Source: Bdellovibrionota bacterium (GTDB taxonomy: Bacteria; Bdellovibrionota_C; UBA2361; JBGSMV01). From it: DNA of 21,210 bases. Within the stretch, counting starts at the first letter, position 1. Each line of letters opens with the position of its first letter. This document shows, piece by piece, positions 1 to 8,634 of this stretch. The DNA lies in NCBI GenBank assembly GCA_044356455.1, contig JBIKWF010000071.1:1-21210 (forward strand), in the 5' to 3' direction. The notes beneath the pieces were generated by a model. The model was not told where the DNA came from, searched no databases, and saw nothing but the letters and a program-made list of their open reading frames with translations. The translations under genes and the position numbers were made by a program.

Positions 1-30
1 CCAGAAAGCGAATTGCGAAAGGAAGAGCCA

Positions 31-55
31 GGGAAGGATGGTGACCTCCCTTCCC
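31..55 (-). terminator. Possible hairpin/terminator downstream of sppA
   Basis: GGGAAGG (31-37) pairs with CCTTCCC (49-55), 11 nt past the sppA stop. The U-tract on the minus strand is weak. Confidence 0.3.
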
Positions 56-66
56 CACAAACCTGC

Positions 67-954
67 CTAGTGCATGATGTACTGCATTTCCATGTGATGA
101 GCACCAAATTGAGGGAGGACCTCAGCGAAGCCTCGGAAAAGATGCTTTACTTCCGAGAAGGCATCTTCCGGGTAGTAAAGTGTCGGTTCTTCCCCTTCTG
201 CCAAAGGTGTTCCTAATACATCGAACACTGCGCGCGCCGCGTCGTAGGTGCTTCCGATTTCGTCTATGAGCTTAAGTTCTTTTGCTTGTGAGCCAAGGAT
301 TATGCGGCCATCAGCAAAGGTGAGAACTTTTTCGCGAGGAATACCGCGACCGGTCACGACGGCGTCAACAAAATCCTTGTAGACATCTTGAATAGTGTTT
401 TCCAGAAAGACATGTTCATCCTCCGTCATTTGCCGAAAAGGATTTCCGACATCCTTAAGCTTCCCACTTTTTACCGTAACGACGTCGTAGCCAATTTTAT
501 CAGCAATCTTGGTGTAGTTCGGGATTTGCATGATGACACCAATTGAGCCCGTAAGAGTGCCAGGCTGCGCGAAGACCTTTGACGCTCCGAGCGCCGAGTA
601 GAGTCCACCGGAGGCTGCGACTGAGCCCATGGAAACGACAATCGGCTTCTTAGCCTTAAGCCGCACCACTTCGGCATAAATATCTTGCGAAGGGCCTACG
701 GCTCCCCCGGGAGAATCAATAGCAAGCACGATTCCCTTTACCTTAGCGTCCTTGACCTGTTCGTGAAGTTTTTCAAGGACCTCTTTCGAGCTCATAATTT
801 CGCCCTTGAGCTCGATTACCGCGACGATATTTTTGCCACTGGCAGCGCCGCCGCCGCCACCCGCTGCTACAATTGCAGCGAGGACTACGGGAAGAAAAAG
901 AACGACAACCAGGATAGTGACCAACTTGAGAACCCAAACGATGTACTCTTTCAT
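67..954 (-). CDS. sppA: Signal peptide peptidase SppA (S49, short 36K type)
   Basis: N-terminal TM helix, then IDSPGG, SMGSVAASGG (catalytic Ser), TLTGSIGV, KSGKLKD and ADGRI motifs. Start set at ATG 954 (MKEYIVW) with AAGAGG upstream; the ORF-track extension to 1227 is not adopted. Confidence 0.93.
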   Translation of the reverse strand: MKEYIVWVLKLVTILVVVLFLPVVLAAIVAAGGGGGAASGKNIVAVIELKGEIMSSKEVLEKLHEQVKDAKVKGIVLAIDSPGGAVGPSQDIYAEVVRLKAKKPIVVSMGSVAASGGLYSALGASKVFAQPGTLTGSIGVIMQIPNYTKIADKIGYDVVTVKSGKLKDVGNPFRQMTEDEHVFLENTIQDVYKDFVDAVVTGRGIPREKVLTFADGRIILGSQAKELKLIDEIGSTYDAARAVFDVLGTPLAEGEEPTLYYPEDAFSEVKHLFRGFAEVLPQFGAHHMEMQYIMH

Positions 955-1136
955 GAAACCTCTTAATGCTCCTGAAGGCGGGATGATACAGGGGGCAATA
1001 CTAGCGAGCCCAGGGAACTCCAACAATTCACCATGTTTTGAGTCTCGTTGTTGGTGGGTAGATGCAGAACTCTGGTGTGCGGCGTAAGTACCTGATAGCA
1101 ATGGAGAAAAGGGCTGAGCCTCAGCGCTTTCGCGCT

Positions 1137-1163
1137 TAACTAACTGTCTCATTGTGCCGATCT
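1137..1163 (+). promoter_or_regulatory. sigma28 (FliA)-like promoter
   Basis: TAAC-N15-GCCGATCT versus consensus TAAA-N15-GCCGATAA. It is followed by GAGAGGAG and ATG 1192. Confidence 0.5.
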
Positions 1164-1191
1164 CTTCCTGAGAGGAGATTCGTTCACCGCT

Positions 1192-2805
1192 ATGGCATTT
1201 CAGGTCCCCCTTCCTAACGCTGCGCACAGCGAGATTATCCGCGTTGATGCGGGGAGTGTTGTGCGTATCGCAGGCGCGGAAATCTCAAAGCCCCTCTTCG
1301 CAGTCGGCCGGGTTCTTGACGTAACTGTGGCGGATCGCAGTGGGCTTGGCCTAGGGCTGATGATTCAGGGGCAATTTGTTCAGGCGCAGCTCCCTAAGGG
1401 TGCGCGTGCTGGTGACAGTATCAAAGTGCGAGTTGAGGCCAACGAGGATGCTCTCATCCTGAAACTGCTTGGCGACAACATGGCTGAGAAGACTGCCCCT
1501 GGTATCGAGGCCCGATTACGAAGTGGGCTTACGGGCGCGATGAGTAGCTTGCTTGGAGTTCTTTTGTCAGAGGACAAGCAGCTCGACATAAAAAAAGCGG
1601 CAGACGCCTTTCGCGAGTCTGCTGCACAATCGCGCGGCGGGGGAGTAAGGGCAGAGCAAAAATCAGAGATCCCCACTGCGCTGAAGCTTCTCTTTGAAAA
1701 ACTGCGCGGCGATGGGGCGACCCTTGATGAGGCGGCTTTTACGGATAGTTCTAAAGTCGCGACAACTCTCGCCGCCTTCGCTGAAAGATCCCTTTTGAAT
1801 AGCGCAAAGGAGGCTCGCCGTTCCGTTGAGCTTCTTGCTCGAGAAGCTCAAGCAAAACCGTTGGAGCGCTTTCTTCAAGCACTAACCAAGCAGATTTCTG
1901 AGATGCTTAATGCCGAAGGAGATCTGGGCTTTGATGAACCTGCCATGGCGGCAAATGAAGGGGCTGTTAAACCGCAGGTAGGTATGAGCCTCGCTCTTAG
2001 TCATTATGCGCTTTCTACGGGTCAGCCACAGGCACTTTCGAGAGTAACTGAGCAACTTGCCCAGAACTCCGGAAAGGGCAACCCACTCCTTGTATTGCTA
2101 AAGGTTGCCTTTGATTCTCCGGTGCTTCAATTTCAAGCGCCCGAAGGCTCAGCGAATCTTGCTGCCGCGGTTGATGCCTTCGTGAAAGAAATTGCGGCTC
2201 TGCGAAATGAAGGAGCTAGTGATAAGGTGGTAAGAGCGGCGCTGCAAAAGGGCCTCAAGAACCTGAATGAGGCACTAACCGGAGCGACGAAGCTTTCAAA
2301 GAACTCACAAGGCATTGACCAGGAGACTATCTCCACTGCCAAAACCCTCGAGCGGGTACTCGCGGGACAAGATGCGCTGAATCAAGTCAATAGTGTGCTT
2401 CGGTCTTTTGGCGAACCCTCCCTTCTCATGGTGCCCTTGGTGCTTCAAGGCCTCTGTATTCCGCTTGAAGTCCTCATTCATCCACCAGGGATTTCTCCCG
2501 ACGAGCACAAAAAATCTAAGGGCAAGTTCCAGGGAGGTTATCAGCGGATTGAACTTAGGGTTTCGCTTCCGACATTAGGAGGGGTGGCCGTCGAGATCGC
2601 GCTCCGCAAAGAAGAAGCGCTTGTCACCTTTGCGCTCGAATACGAGGAGCTCTTTCAGTTTGTGGCAGGAAAAACGGAGTTACTGGCAAGCCGATTGCGC
2701 GAGGTAGGTTTTAAAGAGGCTGCAGTATCTGCTCGCCAGGGAAGTCCCGACTCTGCTCTACTCTCTCGCCTTGTTGCCCCGGTCTCTACCGTTACCGTGG
2801 CCTAA
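1192..2805 (+). CDS. Protein with a C-terminal FliK/Flg_hook-like domain (second FliK-like paralogue)
   Basis: The C-terminus IELRVSLPTLGGVAVEIALRKEEALVTF...LASRLREVGF resembles the FliK C-terminal (T3S4) fold pattern. The N-terminus is beta-rich (GRVLDVTV...GDSIKVRV) and the middle is long, Ala/Leu-rich and helical. Confidence 0.65.
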   Translation: MAFQVPLPNAAHSEIIRVDAGSVVRIAGAEISKPLFAVGRVLDVTVADRSGLGLGLMIQGQFVQAQLPKGARAGDSIKVRVEANEDALILKLLGDNMAEKTAPGIEARLRSGLTGAMSSLLGVLLSEDKQLDIKKAADAFRESAAQSRGGGVRAEQKSEIPTALKLLFEKLRGDGATLDEAAFTDSSKVATTLAAFAERSLLNSAKEARRSVELLAREAQAKPLERFLQALTKQISEMLNAEGDLGFDEPAMAANEGAVKPQVGMSLALSHYALSTGQPQALSRVTEQLAQNSGKGNPLLVLLKVAFDSPVLQFQAPEGSANLAAAVDAFVKEIAALRNEGASDKVVRAALQKGLKNLNEALTGATKLSKNSQGIDQETISTAKTLERVLAGQDALNQVNSVLRSFGEPSLLMVPLVLQGLCIPLEVLIHPPGISPDEHKKSKGKFQGGYQRIELRVSLPTLGGVAVEIALRKEEALVTFALEYEELFQFVAGKTELLASRLREVGFKEAAVSARQGSPDSALLSRLVAPVSTVTVA

Positions 2806-2917
2806 TGGCCACAGAATTGTCTTATGGTCGACTACGGTGCCTCTGACGTTCTCATATCGCAATAAGATAAGCTACTTACCGCCTTGTTTGGCCTCCTTGA
2901 GTTCTACGCATACGTCT

Positions 2918-2944
2918 CAAGGAAGCCCCTAGGAATGCCGATGC
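2918..2944 (+). promoter_or_regulatory. sigma28-like promoter upstream of the Ser/Thr kinase
   Basis: (T)CAAG-N15-GCCGATGC, about 50 nt upstream of ATG 2996. Confidence 0.4.
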
Positions 2945-2995
2945 TATTTTGGGAGGAAGGCGCCTCGTTCTAGTTGTGCGCCCGATGTCGTGCAT

Positions 2996-4960
2996 ATGGC
3001 CGAATCACTCGAGGAACATCTCGAATCGGGAGTTCCCTTTGCCAAGCGCTACAGGCTTGAACGACTGCTGGGAAGTGGCGGGATGGGTAAAGTGTACCTT
3101 GGCGCCGACACCATGCTCAACGGAGAGAAGGTAGCGATTAAGGTCCTCAACGCCGAGCTGGTCGGGCATGACCAGCTTATTCAGCGATTCCTCCGCGAAG
3201 TCCAGCTTACGCGCCGCGTCACGCATCCCAATGTGGTGCGCACGTTTGATGTGGGGAATGACGAGGGCAGACTTTTCTTTACTATGGAGTTTGTCGAAGG
3301 AAGCATCCTGCGCGACCACATCAATGGCGAGCCTCTTCCAGTAAATGAGGCCGTAAATATTCTTGTTCAAATTACCTCTGGCCTTGCCGCCATTCATCAG
3401 CTCGATATTGTGCATCGAGATCTGAAAACTTCTAATGTCATCATGACGCCAGGCGGCGTCGCGAAGATAACTGATTTCGGTGTTGCGCGCCCGGGTGCCT
3501 CTGAGCTTACTGGTTCAGATGAATTGCTTGGAAGCGCCACGCATATTGCGCCTGAGACTTGGCGAGATGGTGAGAACAGCCCTCGTAGCGACATCTATGC
3601 ACTTGGCGTAATTGCCTACGAGCTTGTTACTGGCATTCTGCCCTTTGACGGGAAATCTCCGCATGAGCTGATGTTCAAGCACCTCAAGCTCATTCCCGTA
3701 GCTCCGGTTGAGATCACGTCAACACTACCACGCTGGCTCAACTCTCTCATCATGCGCATGCTCGACAAGGATCCCGCTTTGAGACCACCCTCAGCCGAGG
3801 CGGTGCTTGCAGAAATTGACCTCCGAATACGGCGCAGCACGGTTGAGGACGTAAGGGGAGCAGGATTCAACGACAGTGCTGAGCTTCTGGATGAGGCCCC
3901 AGAAATAGATTTGGGTTTCAACGAGCCACTTGAGGACGTTGACGCAGAAAGGGTAAGAGCTCCCACCGTATCCTTGAGCCCCTCGGATCGATTGAAATTC
4001 TCAGTTGAGCCGGCACTCTTCTCAACTGAGGAGGCGGAGGCAGAGGGTCAGACGCTTCTTGAGCGTGGGGCGCAGAAGGAGCTTGAAGACCAAGTTCCCG
4101 ACGTTACGTGGTCAGAAACATTCCGGGATCTCGCCAAGGCCTTTGGAATAGGACTCACGTTTCTCCTATTAGGAGCTGCTATTACCAAGCTCGCGCCTAC
4201 CCCTTGGGTGTGGGGATCGCGCGAGGTGCTTACTCGGGGGCTCTCCCCTACTTTGAGCTGTGCGGCTCTGACGCTTGGGCTCTGGTTCATCACCATGGCG
4301 TTGCCTCAGGGGCTTACGCATATTATCGGCGGTGAAAAGCAGCGCCTCTCGCGACTTGTTTCAACTGCGCTTATTTCAGGCGGCTTTGTCGTCGCGGCAA
4401 CGCTTTTCTACGCGGCAACGCTCTACTCTTGGAGCTACGGGGCTACGCTCTCACAGCTCAAGCCTATTCTACTGAACGCAGTCTCTGCCGCGTATGCGGG
4501 AATTCTTGGAGCGATGGGCGGGAGCGCTCCTTCGACGACGTTTCAGATCGCTCAGATTGGTTCGAGTATTCAGGTAATTCCTGGCGCGTCCTCACTAACC
4601 GCAGGTCTTCTTCCGCCTCTTGGATTATCTGCCGGTGCAATTCTATTCTGGACTTGGACTCTTGCCGCAGCAGGTCGCGAAACTCTTGGGGCGAGAAATC
4701 TGTTTCTTGTTGCCGTGCTTCTCGTTGTTCCATCTCTTCTCGTGCACGCAATTACAGGGCCCACGACTCCCCTTTTTGTTCTGGTACCAGGGATTGGGTT
4801 CACCGTAGCAAACATTGCGGCTACCATTTTCGCCTGGTTAGGCGCGGCGCTTTTTGTCTCGCGTCGACGTCAAAAGTACCGCGCGGAATGTGAAAGGCGC
4901 TACCAATCGGAAATCGCGTCCTCACGCAGCTCTGCATATTCACGTAGCTTCACGAGATAG
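2996..4960 (+). CDS. Hanks-type Ser/Thr protein kinase with a C-terminal multi-pass membrane domain
   Basis: GSGGMGKVY, VAIK, HRDLKTSN, DFG, APE and SDIYALG motifs. An acidic linker is followed by about 7 hydrophobic segments (nt ~4140-4860). Start is ATG 2996 (GTG 2990 is the alternative). Confidence 0.93.
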   Translation: MAESLEEHLESGVPFAKRYRLERLLGSGGMGKVYLGADTMLNGEKVAIKVLNAELVGHDQLIQRFLREVQLTRRVTHPNVVRTFDVGNDEGRLFFTMEFVEGSILRDHINGEPLPVNEAVNILVQITSGLAAIHQLDIVHRDLKTSNVIMTPGGVAKITDFGVARPGASELTGSDELLGSATHIAPETWRDGENSPRSDIYALGVIAYELVTGILPFDGKSPHELMFKHLKLIPVAPVEITSTLPRWLNSLIMRMLDKDPALRPPSAEAVLAEIDLRIRRSTVEDVRGAGFNDSAELLDEAPEIDLGFNEPLEDVDAERVRAPTVSLSPSDRLKFSVEPALFSTEEAEAEGQTLLERGAQKELEDQVPDVTWSETFRDLAKAFGIGLTFLLLGAAITKLAPTPWVWGSREVLTRGLSPTLSCAALTLGLWFITMALPQGLTHIIGGEKQRLSRLVSTALISGGFVVAATLFYAATLYSWSYGATLSQLKPILLNAVSAAYAGILGAMGGSAPSTTFQIAQIGSSIQVIPGASSLTAGLLPPLGLSAGAILFWTWTLAAAGRETLGARNLFLVAVLLVVPSLLVHAITGPTTPLFVLVPGIGFTVANIAATIFAWLGAALFVSRRRQKYRAECERRYQSEIASSRSSAYSRSFTR

Positions 4961-5047
4961 TTAATCAACGTCAGAGGGTGCCCGAAGGGGAGTCTCACAA
5001 GAGCTCATCGCTTGCGTGAGGGCGGGCATGAAGCACAAAGTCGTGCG

Positions 5048-6148
5048 TTAGGCGGCAAGCACAACCAGGGACCCAAGTTCTCCCTCATTAAAGCGCAGCA
5101 GAGCCTCTACACACTTGGTGCGCCTTAAATAAAAATGCAGATCATATTCATACGTGAAGCCTATTCCCCCATGGAGCTGAATTGCGCCCTCGACAATAGC
5201 GCTGGCCTGTTCAACGGCTTGAGAGAGAGCCGAGGCGCTTGCAAGGGGAAGTTGCTCAGGCGCATGGTCCGCAGCCCATGAAGCGAACCTCGCAATAGCT
5301 CCAAGAGCTTCAGATTGAAGATACATATCGGCAAGCCGATGCTGAACCGCCTGGAAGCCTCCTACAGGGACTCCAAACTGCTCTCTTGTTTTCACAAATT
5401 CAACAGTCATTTCAATTGCACGGGCGCATGCGCCGGCCATCTCAACGGCATGGAGCGTGTGAAAAAGTTGCAACGCGCGTTCCGCCGAAACGCCCTCTAT
5501 CAAAACACAAGGAGCTTTTTTAAGCTCAACTTTGCATCCGCTCATGGTGGGGTCCAAGAGGGGGACTGATTCGCATGAAGCGTGCGCCTCAGAATCAGTT
5601 TTTACGATGATTATGCGAGCCCGGGAAGCGGAGGTGCGTTCAAGAACAATCAGCACATCAGATTCTTTAGATCCGACAACAAGAGGAAGAGCACAGGAGC
5701 AGTGGCCGGCTTCAATGGAGATGTAGGCGCCAGGAGAGCCACTACCAGCCGAAACAAGCGCCACTTGAGGAACTCGAGATCCCGCGAGTAGCTCTGTGGC
5801 TTTATTCTCGCCTATGAGCTGGAGAACTGATTCCCGCTCGCTTTTTGAGAGAACCCGAGAGAGAAAATAGGCGCCGAAAAAAGCCGACTCTATGAGGTTT
5901 TCGGGAAGTAAAGAATTCCCGCATTCGAAGGCGAGCAGCGAGAGCTCTCTAAACCCAATTCCCGTCTCGTCAGCGCCGCCAAAACTCTCCGGCAGTCCTA
6001 GGTCGGAGAGACGTTTCCACATTGAATTGTCTCGCGAGGGAACTTGGGCAATTCGCGCGCGCAGATACTCCGAAGTGATGTTCTCTCGAAAAAACGATCG
6101 AAGTACGCTCTGGAATTCCTTTTGTTCCTCGGATAGTGAAAAGCTCAT
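5048..6148 (-). CDS. Acyl-CoA dehydrogenase family protein (probably the non-catalytic subunit type)
   Basis: MSFSLSEEQ N-terminus; REQFGVPVGGFQAVQHRLADM and IQLHGGIGFTYEYDLHFYLRR motifs; no IYEGT-type motif at the C-terminus. Confidence 0.9.
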   Translation of the reverse strand: MSFSLSEEQKEFQSVLRSFFRENITSEYLRARIAQVPSRDNSMWKRLSDLGLPESFGGADETGIGFRELSLLAFECGNSLLPENLIESAFFGAYFLSRVLSKSERESVLQLIGENKATELLAGSRVPQVALVSAGSGSPGAYISIEAGHCSCALPLVVGSKESDVLIVLERTSASRARIIIVKTDSEAHASCESVPLLDPTMSGCKVELKKAPCVLIEGVSAERALQLFHTLHAVEMAGACARAIEMTVEFVKTREQFGVPVGGFQAVQHRLADMYLQSEALGAIARFASWAADHAPEQLPLASASALSQAVEQASAIVEGAIQLHGGIGFTYEYDLHFYLRRTKCVEALLRFNEGELGSLVVLAA

Positions 6149-6220
6149 CTTTTCTCTCGCTCCAAATTGGTGGCTCTCATTCGGTTACACTGCAAACCTA
6201 ATTAAACTGCACACCTGATT

Positions 6221-6514
6221 CTAAATGAGCCCCAGCATCGCTTTAACATCATCTGAGGGTTGCCACGGCGGGGAGAAAACCACCGTCACCCCTACTCCCT
6301 TGACCCCCTCAAGCGCGCCGACTTTCGTTTTAACTTGATCAAGCAACATTGGCCCTGCCGGGCACATCGGCGAGGTGAAGGTCATTTCAATCGCCACGGA
6401 CCCTTCATCGTCTATCTCAATAGAGTACACGAGCCCAAGAAACCAAATGTCGATAAAGAGCTCGGGGTCTTCAATCGTCTTCAGAACTTCAATAATTGCG
6501 TCTTTTGTAATCAT
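6221..6514 (-). CDS. DUF59 / SufT-PaaD-like metal-sulfur cluster assembly factor
   Basis: 97 aa with DPEL..I..LGLVY, TFTSPMCP (conserved T..CP) and FSPPW motifs. Confidence 0.9.
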   Translation of the reverse strand: MITKDAIIEVLKTIEDPELFIDIWFLGLVYSIEIDDEGSVAIEMTFTSPMCPAGPMLLDQVKTKVGALEGVKGVGVTVVFSPPWQPSDDVKAMLGLI

Positions 6515-6523
6515 GGTGAGGAC

Positions 6524-6553
6524 ATGCTTTCATACGCAAATGACGAGTGTCAA
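6524..6553 (-). promoter_or_regulatory. Possible sigma70 promoter for the DUF59 gene
   Basis: Perfect TTGACA (6553-6548), an 18-nt spacer, then AAGCAT (6529-6524), ending 9 nt before ATG 6514. The -10 match is weak. Confidence 0.35.
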
Positions 6554-7148
6554 TGAACCACCAGCCACTTACCATAACTCTTCTTGCCAGGGCTCCTCGG
6601 AAGAAGCCGGGGCTAAAAGGCTGCTTCGGCAGCTTTTAGACTATGCTCCGCAGGCACCGTCAGAGCAAAAGGCACGTGAGATCATGCTCGAGGCCTTAAC
6701 GAAGAGCCCCGCATGCTTTGAGCGCACGCACCTTCCGGGCCACTTTACGGCATCCATATGGGCCCTGGTGCCTCGTGAGAACCTGGTGCTGCTTGTGCAT
6801 CACCGCAAATTAGGGCGCTGGCTTCAGCCGGGGGGCCACGTTGATGGCAGCCCCCTACTGCTTCCCGCTGCGCTGCGTGAACTTGAAGAGGAAACCGGGA
6901 TTCATACGGTATCGGTAGTGCCCGGGATCTTCGACCTCGATGTGCATCCCATCCCCGCGCGTGGCGAGATGCCCGAGCACCTGCATCTCGATGTTCGGTT
7001 TGCAGTGACGCTCCCCTTCGCCAATGAGCTGCGCTGCTCGGAGGAGTCATCCGAAGTGGCCTGGGTATCTACCTCTAAAATCCGCGAAAGGACGGACGAA
7101 GAGTCCATCCTTCGTATGGTGCAAAAGAGCGTCAGTCGTTTCATATAG
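6540..7148 (+). CDS. NUDIX hydrolase
   Basis: Nudix box GGHVDGSPLLLPAALRELEEETG; GHFTAS, HHRKLGRWLQPGGH and HLHLDVRF motifs. The start is uncertain; ATG 6540 was chosen to avoid overlapping the DUF59 gene. Confidence 0.88.
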   Translation: MTSVNEPPATYHNSSCQGSSEEAGAKRLLRQLLDYAPQAPSEQKAREIMLEALTKSPACFERTHLPGHFTASIWALVPRENLVLLVHHRKLGRWLQPGGHVDGSPLLLPAALRELEEETGIHTVSVVPGIFDLDVHPIPARGEMPEHLHLDVRFAVTLPFANELRCSEESSEVAWVSTSKIRERTDEESILRMVQKSVSRFI

Positions 7149-7257
7149 GGCAGATCTGTCCAGTATTGGACAAATTGCGCGCCTAAGAGCCTCCCGCCTG
7201 ATTTACTAAGCCAGCTACATCCCTCATTCTTCAATGCTACTTAAAGGAAATTGAAGA

Positions 7258-8487
7258 ATGCCCCCTACCAAAATTGCAGCTCCCTGTGCTCCCTCTCGTG
7301 TGAGGTCAGAGCGGCACGGCGCTGGCGCGGAGCTTTGTCTCGAAAACGTTTCTGAGTGGGCCGCGGCGCAGCTTCCAGCTTTTACCAAGCAACTTAAGGC
7401 TCTCGTTGACGTAAACTCAGGGACCGAAAACCTAAGTGGTGTGCATTCAGTACAAAGGTCCCTCGCCGACAATTTTGAAAGGCTCGGCCTGAGTGTCGAT
7501 TTTATTCCTCAAACTAATCGTGCTCCCATACTTCGCGCAAGAACACGGGCAGGAGCCGAAAGTACAGACCGCCTGGTACTGGTAGGACATGCCGACACGG
7601 TATTTGGACCTGACAGTTCTTTCCAGAAGTTTTCAATTGATGCACAGAATCCCAATATCGCCCGCGGTCCTGGCGCGTACGATATGAAATCAGGCCTAGT
7701 GGTAATTGAAGGTGCCCTTAAGGCCCTCTCTCTTATGGGTACTCTAGAGAATACTCCTCTTGAGGTGCTCATCAACTCCGCAGAGGAATATCCAACACTA
7801 GAGACCTGCGAGACCATGAAATCTCTGATGCGCGGAGCTTCGGCTGCCCTGATATTTGAGTTTGGCAGGGAGAGTAATGCCATCATCGTCGAGCGAAAGG
7901 GCATGGCGCGCTATGAAATCGCCATTCAAGGAAAAGAAGCTCATGCCGGAAACGGCTTTTTTGAGGGGAAAAGCGCTTTCGTCGAGATGGCGCGTGTCGT
8001 CCTTGAGCTTAGCAAGCTTTCTAATGAGCAATCTGGCTTGACGGTAAATCCTGGATTGGGCCACTGCTCAAATTCGCTGGGTGTTGTTGCGGGTAGTGCG
8101 AAGTTCGGTATAGAGATTCGGGCCTGCACCACGACCGAACTCGACCGGGCTCGTGAAACAGTAAAGTCCCTAGGAGCAAATGGCTCGCCCTTCGCCTACA
8201 CTATTCGTGAGATTGAGCATACGCCTCCTATGGAGATCGTAGAGGGTACCGGATCACTTCTTCAGCGCTATATTGAGGCTGGTAGATACGCAGGAGTACC
8301 TTTCACCAAGAATGGCCGCGTGGGCGGAACTTCGGATGGGAATCTGGCCACCTCGCTAGGAATTCCAACTATTGATGCCCTTGGCCCACGGGGCGGAGGG
8401 GCTCATACTGAGGGCGAATTTGTAATTCTTAGCTCGATTGCCGAACGCCTCTCGGCACTGGTGCATTTTCTGTCTCTTAAATCTTAG
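7258..8487 (+). CDS. M20 family metallopeptidase (carboxypeptidase G2-like)
   Basis: Zn-ligand motifs GHADTVF, GPGAYDMKSG, NSAEE and FE, plus AHAG, GGTSDGN and GAHTEGE. The start may lie somewhat downstream. Confidence 0.9.
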   Translation: MPPTKIAAPCAPSRVRSERHGAGAELCLENVSEWAAAQLPAFTKQLKALVDVNSGTENLSGVHSVQRSLADNFERLGLSVDFIPQTNRAPILRARTRAGAESTDRLVLVGHADTVFGPDSSFQKFSIDAQNPNIARGPGAYDMKSGLVVIEGALKALSLMGTLENTPLEVLINSAEEYPTLETCETMKSLMRGASAALIFEFGRESNAIIVERKGMARYEIAIQGKEAHAGNGFFEGKSAFVEMARVVLELSKLSNEQSGLTVNPGLGHCSNSLGVVAGSAKFGIEIRACTTTELDRARETVKSLGANGSPFAYTIREIEHTPPMEIVEGTGSLLQRYIEAGRYAGVPFTKNGRVGGTSDGNLATSLGIPTIDALGPRGGGAHTEGEFVILSSIAERLSALVHFLSLKS

Positions 8488-8512
8488 TGGTTTTGGAAGA
8501 CAACCACTAAGA
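8482..8512. terminator. 11-bp perfect inverted repeat overlapping the M20 stop codon
   Basis: TCTTAGTGGTT (8482-8492) pairs with AACCACTAAGA (8502-8512) around a 9-nt loop, between convergent genes. Confidence 0.55.
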
Positions 8513-8547
8513 ACACAGAGAACACAAAGAGGAGGAAAAACAGGACA

Positions 8548-8573
8548 GAAGAACCTCGATTTCGAGGTTCTTC
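8548..8573. repeat. 12-bp perfect inverted repeat (possible bidirectional terminator)
   Basis: GAAGAACCTCGA-TT-TCGAGGTTCTTC. Confidence 0.7.
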
Positions 8574-8583
8574 AGAGATTCCC

Positions 8584-8627
8584 TAGGTCAGTGCACTTAG
8601 GTCAGTGCTACCTAGGTCAGTGCTACC
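8584..8627. repeat. Short tandem repeat, 3 copies of core TAGGTCAGTGC
   Basis: TAGGTCAGTGCACT (8584-8597), TAGGTCAGTGCTACC (8598-8612), TAGGTCAGTGCTACC (8613-8627). Confidence 0.85.
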
Positions 8628-8634
8628 GCAGTTT

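Noticed and set aside
955..1227. 91-aa N-terminal extension of sppA in the ORF track
   Set aside because: It does not look like SppA, overlaps the divergent gene and its promoter, and ATG 954 has an SD and directly precedes the TM anchor.
2894..2923. 8-bp inverted repeat TCCTTGAG/CTCAAGGA
   Set aside because: It has a 14-nt loop and no U-tract and overlaps the putative sigma28 -35, so it is too weak to call a terminator or operator.
6375..6539. N-terminal extension of the NUDIX ORF
   Set aside because: It is antisense to the well-supported DUF59 gene, so it is a shadow frame.
8584..8627. Possible mini-CRISPR
   Set aside because: The units are 14-15-nt head-to-tail repeats with no unique spacers, and no cas genes are present.
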